NCBI GenBank assembly: GCA_964437505.1
Contig: CAYTGU010000005.1
Coordinates: 15,645 to 79,644 of the forward strand
Direction of reading: 5' to 3'
DNA length: 64,000 bases
Source: an uncultured bacterium
GTDB lineage: Bacteria; JAHJDO01
Positions 57,651 through 64,000 of the stretch are shown piece by piece. The notes below the pieces were generated by a model. It searched no databases. It was not told the origin of the DNA and saw only the letters and a program-made list of their open reading frames with translations. Position 1 is the first letter of the stretch. Every line of letters begins with the position of its first letter. Both the position numbers and the translations under genes were made by a program.

Positions 57651-58640
57651 CTACCACCTTATAATAGCTGATGCCCATGTAAGACCAGCGCCAAAAGCGT
57701 CCAGAAGTATTATCTGTCCATCTTTTAATTTTCCCGAAGCTGCTGCTTCAGCTGTTGCTATTGGTACTGAAGCACCTGAAACATTTCCATATCTGGTAAC
57801 ATTTATCCATACTTTTTCCAAAGGAGCGTTAAGTCTTTGCGCTAAAGCATTTATAATTCTCAAGTTTGCCTGATGAGGAATAACAAGATCTATATCTTCG
57901 TTTTTTAGATTACATTCAGAAAGCACCTTATCTGCGGCACTTGTCATTGCCCTAACAGCAAGTTTAAAAACAGAATTCCCGTTCATTTTTAGAAAATGCA
58001 ATTTGTCATCTACTGTTTTATGTGTTGCAGGAAATTGTGAACCTCCGCCAGGCATATTCAGCAGATCCCAAGCTGACCCATCAGCACCAAGATATGAACC
58101 CAAGATAACCCTCCTGTTATTCGCGGCGCGTCCAATAACAGCGGCACCTGCTCCATCTCCAAATAGTACACAGGTTGTACGATCTGTCCAATCTGCAATT
58201 CTGGAGAGCGTATCTGCGGCAACAATTAAAACTCTTTTAAATGTATTACTTTCAACAAAACTTTTTGCCATTGTTAAAGCGTAAATAAAACCACAGCAGG
58301 CTGCGTTGACGTCAAATGCGCACACAGTTTTAGCTCCTATTTTATCCTGAAGAATGCACGCGGTGGAAGGGAATGGCATATCAGGGGTTATAGTAGCAAC
58401 AATAATACAATCTATTTGTTTTACATCGACTCCAGCATTTTTAAGAGCTTTCTGAGAAGCAAACATAGCAAGGTCAGAGGTGGTATGTTTATCATCAATT
58501 ATACGTCTCTCTTTTATACCTGTTCTTGTTGTAATCCACTCATCAGACGTATCCACCATTTTTTCAAGGTCTGCATTCGTAAGAATTTTTTCCGGCACAT
58601 AAAAACCAGTTCCCAAAATACCTACTTTAATATTATCCAT
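57651..58640 (-). CDS. fabH: 3-oxoacyl-ACP synthase III.
   Basis: 329 aa with AACCGF (active-site Cys) and the GNTSAASVP-like motif (GNVSGASVP). Confidence 0.9.
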   Translation of the reverse strand: MDNIKVGILGTGFYVPEKILTNADLEKMVDTSDEWITTRTGIKERRIIDDKHTTSDLAMFASQKALKNAGVDVKQIDCIIVATITPDMPFPSTACILQDKIGAKTVCAFDVNAACCGFIYALTMAKSFVESNTFKRVLIVAADTLSRIADWTDRTTCVLFGDGAGAAVIGRAANNRRVILGSYLGADGSAWDLLNMPGGGSQFPATHKTVDDKLHFLKMNGNSVFKLAVRAMTSAADKVLSECNLKNEDIDLVIPHQANLRIINALAQRLNAPLEKVWINVTRYGNVSGASVPIATAEAAASGKLKDGQIILLDAFGAGLTWASAIIRW

Positions 58641-58644
58641 TTTT

Positions 58645-59631
58645 TTAGTTTCTTAACCTCTCTTTTATATGTTCATTAACATGGTTGTTTACGAATTTCT
58701 CAGCTACCAAAATGCTGTTTTTGATAGCCAGAGAAGAAGAATTGCCATGAGCTTTTATACATACACCGTTAATTCCAAGAAAAGGCGCACCGCCATATTC
58801 TGCATAGTTCAGACTTTTTTTGAAGTTCTTATAAGCGCCTCTACTCAACATAGCTCCAATTTTAGAGAGAAAACTACTTTTCAGTTCATTGCGTAGTTTA
58901 AGATATATATTTTCTCCCAGTCCTTCAGTAGCCTTAAGGATTATATTGCCAATAAAACCATCACAAACAATAACATCAACTTTACCATTAAAAATATCTC
59001 TTCCCTCTACATTGCCAACAAAGTTAATTGGCGCTTTTTTTAATTCTTCATATGCTTTTTTTGTTAAGTCATTTCCTTTATGTTCCTCTTCTCCAATGTT
59101 CAAGAGACCTACTTTTGGAGTTCCTTTTTTCAAGATATACTTGCTGTATTCATTTCCCATTATTGCAAATTGGTAAAGGTTCAAAGGGCTACAGTCCACA
59201 TTTGCGCCTACATCAAGCAGTAGGGAAGCTTCACTTAGAGTAGGCATCAAGATAGCGATTGCTGGGCGCTCTATACCCTCTATTGTTCTTATATAGATTG
59301 CAGCAGATGCCATGTATGCTCCTGTATTGCCAGCTGATACTACAGCGTCTGCTTCTTTATTTTTAACCAGCTCTATTGCTTTGATCATAGATGAATCTTT
59401 TTTTCGCCTGATAGCTTGAGAAGGAGACTCATGCATTGCTATGACTTCAGATGCATGTTTAATCTGAATATTGGAACCAGTATATTTACGTTTTGTTAAC
59501 TCCTTTTTTATTATTTTTTCATCACCAACCAGTATCAGATCAAATGGCTTGTTTTTGGCAGCATCTAAAGCCCCTTCTATAACCACAGAAGGACCTTTAT
59601 CAGCGCCCATAACATCTATGGCTATTTTCAT
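58645..59631 (-). CDS. plsX: Phosphate:acyl-ACP acyltransferase PlsX. The ORF is open to 59655, but the internal start MKIAIDVMGAD at 59631 is preferred because it avoids overlap with rpmF.
   Basis: Contains the IAIDVMGADKGP PlsX N-terminal signature. Confidence 0.85.
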   Translation of the reverse strand: MKIAIDVMGADKGPSVVIEGALDAAKNKPFDLILVGDEKIIKKELTKRKYTGSNIQIKHASEVIAMHESPSQAIRRKKDSSMIKAIELVKNKEADAVVSAGNTGAYMASAAIYIRTIEGIERPAIAILMPTLSEASLLLDVGANVDCSPLNLYQFAIMGNEYSKYILKKGTPKVGLLNIGEEEHKGNDLTKKAYEELKKAPINFVGNVEGRDIFNGKVDVIVCDGFIGNIILKATEGLGENIYLKLRNELKSSFLSKIGAMLSRGAYKNFKKSLNYAEYGGAPFLGINGVCIKAHGNSSSLAIKNSILVAEKFVNNHVNEHIKERLRN

Positions 59632-59632
59632 A

Positions 59633-59818
59633 TTATGAAGCCTTCTTAATTTCAATTACTTTTTTACCATTATAGTACCCACAATGAGGACAAACTATAT
59701 GTGGGGATTTGACCTGATTGCAATGTGAACATGTACACATTGCAGGTAATGACAATTTTTTATGTGTGCGTTTTTTATCCCGTCTTGATTTTGAGAACTT
59801 TCTTTTTGGAAGTGCCAC
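59633..59818 (-). CDS. rpmF: 50S ribosomal protein L32 (GTG start).
   Basis: 61 aa. MALPKRKFSKSRRDKKRTH matches the L32 N-terminus, and a C..C...C..C zinc ribbon is present. An AAAGGAG RBS precedes it. Confidence 0.85.
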   Translation of the reverse strand: MALPKRKFSKSRRDKKRTHKKLSLPAMCTCSHCNQVKSPHIVCPHCGYYNGKKVIEIKKAS

Positions 59819-59848
59819 TGTTATTCTCCTTTTTTTCTAAGTTGTTTC

Positions 59849-59868
59849 GGGTCGGATTTATCCGACCC
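59849..59868. other. Perfect 8-bp hairpin GGGTCGGA-ttta-TCCGACCC between the pta stop and the rpmF start.
   Basis: Read directly. There is no U-tract on the minus (transcribed) strand, so it is not a classic intrinsic terminator. Confidence 0.5.
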
Positions 59869-59886
59869 CTACATTTATTCTTAATA

Positions 59887-60882
59887 CTAGGCAGAGTGAG
59901 CTTGTATTGCTGCAATAGCAGATATATTAACAATATCATCTACATTGCATCCCCTGGACAGGTCATGCGCAGGTTTTCGAAGTCCCTGCAGTAGGGGGCC
60001 TAGAGCTTGTGCTTTTGCTAAACGTTGAGTAAGTTTATACGATATATTACCTGATTCTAAATTCGGGAATATTAATACATTAGCTTTCCCTGCAACATTA
60101 CTCTGGGGTGCCTTTATTTTTGCAACTTCCGGAACAATAGCAGCATCTGCTTGTAGCTCTCCGTCAATTTGTAGATCGGGACACATTTTTCTTGCAAGTT
60201 CAGTAGCTTTTATTACTTTATCAATAAGACCATGAGATGCGCTTCCATTTGTTGAGAATGAGAGCATAGCAACCCTTGGCTCAGATTTTATGAACATACA
60301 GGCTGTTTTTGCGGACGCTATGGCGATACTAGCAAGCTCTTCGGATGTTGGATCTGGTACAATGCCTGCATCAGCGTATATAAAAATACCATGCTCTCCA
60401 TAAACGCAGTCTGGAACAATCATAACAAAGCAGCTTGAGACTACTTTTATACCATTTGCAGGACCTATTAGCCAGATTGCAGCACGCAAGACATTTGCAG
60501 TAGAATTTACTGCTCCTGATACTGAACCGTCAGCCATGCCTTTTCTTACCATCAAAGCGGCGTATAAGAGAGGCTGCTTAATATGTGTACAGGCGTCTTC
60601 TTTACTTGTGCCTTTATGTTTCCTGAGATTATAAAATAATTCAATGTCTTCATCTGTTACTTTTTGTTTTGGATCAATTACTTTCACGTTTTCTATATTT
60701 ATACCAGCATGTTTTGCTACCTTAATTAGATTCTCTCTTTTTCCTAATAGGATAGGGTCAGCAATCTTCTCTTTTTTCAGTATGGATGCAGCTTGTATTA
60801 CTCTTAGATCCTGTGACTCAGGTAGGACTATTCTTTTCCTGTCAGACTTTGCTTTATTTCTGATTTCTTCTATTAAATTCAT
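59887..60882 (-). CDS. pta: Phosphate acetyltransferase (short Pta, PTA_PTB family).
   Basis: 331 aa with a RIVLPESQD N-terminus and a C-terminal DLSRG..V.DIVN motif. Confidence 0.8.
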   Translation of the reverse strand: MNLIEEIRNKAKSDRKRIVLPESQDLRVIQAASILKKEKIADPILLGKRENLIKVAKHAGINIENVKVIDPKQKVTDEDIELFYNLRKHKGTSKEDACTHIKQPLLYAALMVRKGMADGSVSGAVNSTANVLRAAIWLIGPANGIKVVSSCFVMIVPDCVYGEHGIFIYADAGIVPDPTSEELASIAIASAKTACMFIKSEPRVAMLSFSTNGSASHGLIDKVIKATELARKMCPDLQIDGELQADAAIVPEVAKIKAPQSNVAGKANVLIFPNLESGNISYKLTQRLAKAQALGPLLQGLRKPAHDLSRGCNVDDIVNISAIAAIQAHSA

Positions 60883-60971
60883 ATCAGATTTTCCTATTTA
60901 AAAGGTCTCACACTATACCAACTCACTCTAGTTTTGTCAAAACAAAATCCTGTTATAGCTAAAAATTTCGC

Positions 60972-61000
60972 TTGACATCTTCTGATAGGCTGTATACAAT
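60972..61000 (+). promoter_or_regulatory. Near-consensus sigma70 promoter (TTGACA-N17-TACAAT) with a perfect 10-bp palindrome TTGTATACAA (a GntR-type GT..AC operator) overlapping the -10.
   Basis: Read directly 27 nt upstream of the GntR regulator start. Confidence 0.55.
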
Positions 61001-61026
61001 TGTAATGCAATATAAAAAGGTTCTAG

Positions 61027-61656
61027 ATGAAAGATACATTAATAAAACAATTATATAAAAAAATTAGACTAAGCATTCTGAATGGTGCGATAAAGCCTCA
61101 TGAGAGAATTGTTGAACAGGTTCTCGCCAAAAAATATAAGGTTAGCAGGACTCCTATTAGAGAAACTCTGCGTTTGTTAGAAAACGAAGGATTGATCACA
61201 GTTATCCCTAATGTGGGAACATTTGTAAAACAACATTCTCTGGATGAGATAAAACAGATTTATGAAGTACGAGCATTATTAGAAGGTTGCGCTGCAAGAT
61301 TAGTTTCTCTGCGTATCAAAGATGAGGAAATAAAAAAGCTGGAGAATATTGCTAAAAAGAATGAAGAAGCTATACAGAACATGGATTGTGATACTTTGGT
61401 GAAAACAGACAGGGAGTTTCATGAGTTCATTATGAAAAAGTGTGAAAATAAAGAACTTGCCAGGATTATGGAATTATACGATTTTCAAACAACAAGTTTA
61501 TATACCAAAAGTATTAGACATGGGGAATATTCAGGAAAAAATCTAAGCTATTCACATCTGCCAATTATAGAAGCTATTAAAAAAAGAAACCCAGATTTGG
61601 CAGAAAAACTGGCAAGAAGACATATAGAGGAAGCAAAAGAGAGGTTGCTGAGGTAA
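61027..61656 (+). CDS. GntR-family transcriptional regulator (FadR/FCD subfamily).
   Basis: 209 aa with an N-terminal winged HTH (ERIVEQVLAKKYKVSRTPIRETLRLLENEGLI) and a helical FCD-like C-terminal domain. Confidence 0.8.
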   Translation: MKDTLIKQLYKKIRLSILNGAIKPHERIVEQVLAKKYKVSRTPIRETLRLLENEGLITVIPNVGTFVKQHSLDEIKQIYEVRALLEGCAARLVSLRIKDEEIKKLENIAKKNEEAIQNMDCDTLVKTDREFHEFIMKKCENKELARIMELYDFQTTSLYTKSIRHGEYSGKNLSYSHLPIIEAIKKRNPDLAEKLARRHIEEAKERLLR

Positions 61657-61708
61657 TGTCTTCCAGCTGCTAATGGTTCACAGTTGATTTAAAAGATTAA
61701 TCCAAATA

Positions 61709-61963
61709 ATGATGAAACAAACATACAATCTTGGGATAATTGGTAAAGTAGATGCAGTGATACTTGCACGTGATGATGGAGAAAATCATCTCTCTATGGC
61801 AAAGCCTTTTATTGAAAAGGATATCCCTATATTAATTGATAAACCCCTTACTGATAATGCAGAAGATCTGAAGGAATTTATACAATATTATGAAAAAGGG
61901 AAATTAATTATGTCATGCTCAAGTATCTTGCGGTTTACTGGGGACTGCGCAATATTCGTGTAA
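61709..61963 (+). pseudogene. Fragment of a Gfo/Idh/MocA-family oxidoreductase. The N-terminal Rossmann region is truncated and the C-terminal domain is missing.
   Basis: ...VDAVILA...LIDKPLTDNAEDLKEF resembles the EKPLA region of Gfo/Idh/MocA. The ORF is only 84 aa. Confidence 0.5.
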
Positions 61964-62184
61964 ATGCAGTAGTTCCAGGAGCATTTCCGCATTCAAAAGC
62001 ACGATGGTGTGCAGATAATCCAGAGTTCCCAGCTTTTTTAGAGCGTTTGGCAGATAAGGTACCGCTTGGACGTATAGGACGTCAGGATGAAATGGCTGGC
62101 GCAGTTATTTTTCTTGCTTCTGACGAAGCGTCGTATGTAACGGGACACACTTTAGTTGTAGATGGTGGATGGACAGCGTGGTAA
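61915..62184 (+). pseudogene. C-terminal fragment of an SDR-family dehydrogenase, fused or juxtaposed to the preceding fragment.
   Basis: IRVNAVVPG...PLGRIGRQDEMAGAVIFLASDEASYVTGHTLVVDGGWTAW is a canonical SDR C-terminus. The N-terminal cofactor-binding half is missing. Confidence 0.6.
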
Positions 62185-62209
62185 TCAATATAATCAGAGG
62201 AGAGAAAAG

Positions 62210-62992
62210 ATGAAAATGCGAGCAAGCAGGGTACTGCAGAAACTTCGTGCAGGTGAAATAGTGAGTTGTTTTAAATTAAACTTGTCCTGTGGTCGTGCCG
62301 CAGATATTGCAGCCATGAGTGAGTTTGATTGTCTCTGGCTGGATATGGAACATGTGCCTAGTGACTGGTCTGTAATAGAAAAACAAATCTGGGCGGCTAA
62401 AGCTCATGACGTTGATGTCATGGTGCGTGTATCCCGTGGTGGGTACAGCGATTACATCAAACCTTTGGAATTGGATGCTTCTGGTATCATGGTGCCTCAT
62501 ATCATGAGCCTGGCAGATGCAGAGAACGTTGTCAGGATGACTAGATTTCATCCTGTTGGTCGCCGTCCCGTTGACGGTGGCAATACAGATGGTGCATACG
62601 GCAAGATTGATTTTGTCAAATATCTTAAACAGGCAAATGAACAAAGATTTGTCGCCGTACAGATAGAGGACCCTGAACCGTTGGATGACTTGGAAGCCAT
62701 TGCTTCTCTTGAAGGTATAGACATGATCTTTTTCGGACCAGCGGATTTTAGCCATGGGATTGGCGCACCTGGTGAATGGAATTGTACCAAGTTGGTGGAG
62801 ACACGCAAGCGCATAGCTGAAGTCTGTACAGAGCATGGAAAATTTGCAGGTACTATTGGGAGCATTGATAATTTAAATGAGCTTATCAGTATGGGTTATC
62901 ACTTTATTAGTGTAGGCGCCGATGTAGTGGGTCTCGGTCAATATTGTGACAGGGTAATGATGGAATTCAGAAATGCATTATTAGGTAAATAA
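62210..62992 (+). CDS. HpcH/HpaI-family aldolase (2-keto-3-deoxy-sugar-acid aldolase, e.g. KDR/HpaI-like).
   Basis: About 260 aa with a TIM-barrel class II aldolase pattern (...LWLDMEH..., ...VRV...). A CAGAGGAGAG RBS precedes it. Local GC is visibly higher. Confidence 0.7.
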   Translation: MKMRASRVLQKLRAGEIVSCFKLNLSCGRAADIAAMSEFDCLWLDMEHVPSDWSVIEKQIWAAKAHDVDVMVRVSRGGYSDYIKPLELDASGIMVPHIMSLADAENVVRMTRFHPVGRRPVDGGNTDGAYGKIDFVKYLKQANEQRFVAVQIEDPEPLDDLEAIASLEGIDMIFFGPADFSHGIGAPGEWNCTKLVETRKRIAEVCTEHGKFAGTIGSIDNLNELISMGYHFISVGADVVGLGQYCDRVMMEFRNALLGK

Positions 62993-63263
62993 ATTTACTT
63001 AAAATGTCATCGCTTTCGCTTATTTGTGCTTTACGCCTTATATTGCAGATTGTTTTATTACCTCTGGATCTTTGAAAATTTTTTCTAACATGGTAGCCTC
63101 CCTTTCTGGCTTTTATAGCCAATAGGAGAGTACCATATTATGTTAAGCTATTAAAGAAACGAATAATCGTAACTGTCGTGTACACCCAGATTTATTCACA
63201 GAGCGAAACTTACCATAACCCAGTGCTTATCATAAAACACATGATCAGATCAAGAAAGCCGGG

Positions 63264-63623
63264 ATGATTGAAGAGGCAAAGTTTGTTTTGTCTTGCGATG
63301 AATACAAGTATGAGATCAGCGAAGCTATGCGTGATGCTGCTAAGAAAACAAAGACTGGCATTGGAGCGAATCTCGCGCTATTAGACGCAGCAAGGCGATA
63401 TGAAACCAGAGTATGGTGCGATATCTATAACCTTGGCGGAAGTCATGGTCGAATTGGTAATGCTTATCGCCATTTAGCGGATCACGTAAATTTTGGTAAC
63501 AGTTTAGCTGTGGAAAGTAATGGAAAAATTTGGATGAGAAAATCGGCAACTAAATTTGAAAGAAGTAAAGATAATAGTCAGGGCGATCTTGTTTGTAGCA
63601 GATTAAATTGTCTTGAAAGTTAA
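63264..63623 (+). CDS. Hypothetical protein (119 aa), possibly a gene fragment.
   Basis: An ORF with no recognised family. It lies in a degraded GC-richer region next to a transposase remnant. Confidence 0.3.
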   Translation: MIEEAKFVLSCDEYKYEISEAMRDAAKKTKTGIGANLALLDAARRYETRVWCDIYNLGGSHGRIGNAYRHLADHVNFGNSLAVESNGKIWMRKSATKFERSKDNSQGDLVCSRLNCLES

Positions 63624-64000
63624 GGAGTTAATCCTTTGGTAAGAAGAGTTATGAGAACTTGTTTTGGGTCCAAGCCTTTGAGTTTGGCAGTTTGGATAAT
63701 AGTTGAAATAAGAGATACGTTCTTGGTTCTCTGGTCAGAGCGATTGCCGAAGATAATTTCGTTCAGCAAGCACTTTGGAAGGGGATTCTCCGTTAAGATG
63801 AGGACAAGATTTGGAGAAAGGGCAATGCTGAACTCTTGCTGCAACAGGATGAGAATAACTCATTCTTTGAATTCGCCTTTTTTAATTAATTGGACGTTTA
63901 TGTCTGTAAGTTCTTCAATGAGGTCTCTATGATGATAGTAATTGTTGAGAAGTTTTTGAACTTGCTTGCGAAGTTTAGGAGGAATAGTCGTTCTCTTCTT
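63620..64000 (-). mobile_element. IS66-family transposase (TnpC) C-terminal remnant. The reading frame is interrupted by an in-frame TGA at 63860-63862 and continues past the window edge.
   Basis: ...NEIIFGNRSDQRTKNVSLISTIIQTAKLKGLDPKQVL matches the conserved IS66 TnpC tail (YLFAGSDEGGERAA.IYSLIGTAKLNGIDPEAYL). The upstream in-frame part is ...LIKKGEFKE*VILILLQQ. Confidence 0.55.

Noticed and set aside
59633-59655. An apparent 23-nt overlap between the plsX and rpmF coding regions.
   Set aside because: It is resolved by using the conserved internal start MKIAIDVMGAD for plsX (59631). The upstream MKLRRLHN extension is not part of PlsX family N-termini.
63636-63932. A 98-aa ORF on the plus strand at the window end.
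   Set aside because: It lies antisense to the IS66 remnant frame with no RBS or domain, so it is most likely spurious.
1-64000. CRISPR arrays, retron or diversity-generating reverse transcriptases, and large tandem repeats.
   Set aside because: Reading both strands, I found no evenly spaced direct repeats, no RT or Cas-like ORFs, and no tandem repeats. The only tandem repeat is the 28-nt heptamer tract in murB.

Overview
This is a low-GC (roughly one-third GC, judged by eye) bacterial chromosomal segment. Most of it is housekeeping genes, interrupted by several accessory or foreign-looking insertions.

From 5' to 3' the main blocks are:
- priA (3' part), then gcvT, gcvH and gcvPA on the plus strand.
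- An eight-gene minus-strand sugar-catabolic operon at 4130-14814 that looks like a rhamnose-type 6-deoxyhexose pathway. It holds an FGGY rhamnulokinase-like kinase, two Zn-ADHs, an SDR, a PHP-domain protein, a class II aldolase, a 996-aa putative glycoside hydrolase and a xylose-isomerase-like TIM barrel protein.
- manC, a Na/Ca-exchanger-like protein and apt.
- tRNA-Arg(CCT) and tRNA-Val(CAC), followed by a small zinc-ribbon ORF, a COG1579 zinc-ribbon gene and an RNase HI-like gene. The RNase HI ORF runs directly into a type-A RNase P RNA (rnpB).
- Minus-strand nadD, proA, proB, tsaC and pilT.
- A cell-wall/division cluster: ftsZ, ftsA, ftsQ, ddl, murB, murC and rnr. ftsA and ftsZ are separated by a 1.2-kb insert of higher GC that carries a BrnT/BrnA toxin-antitoxin pair plus a secreted hypothetical protein.
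- A HEPN/MNT toxin-antitoxin cassette bracketed by ~55-nt imperfect direct repeats. A third copy of the same repeat lies upstream of brnT.
- A ppiD-like chaperone gene and tRNA-Arg(TCT).
- tmk, holB, ricT, a PIG-L deacetylase plus a NagB-like gene, tRNA-Leu(CAA), rng, rplU, a hypothetical membrane protein where rpmA would be expected, hup, purM, purN, tyrA, aroA, cmk, plsC, rpsA, pilD and a distant gcvPB.
- A URO-D family gene, tilS, obg, rplI, fabD, fabH, plsX, rpmF and pta.
- A GntR regulator with a strong promoter and a palindromic operator.
- A GC-richer degraded island at the 3' end holding a Gfo/Idh/MocA fragment, an SDR fragment, an HpcH-family aldolase and an IS66 transposase remnant.

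No CRISPR array was seen. A perfect (TTTCGGA)x4 heptamer repeat followed by a T7 run sits inside murB.
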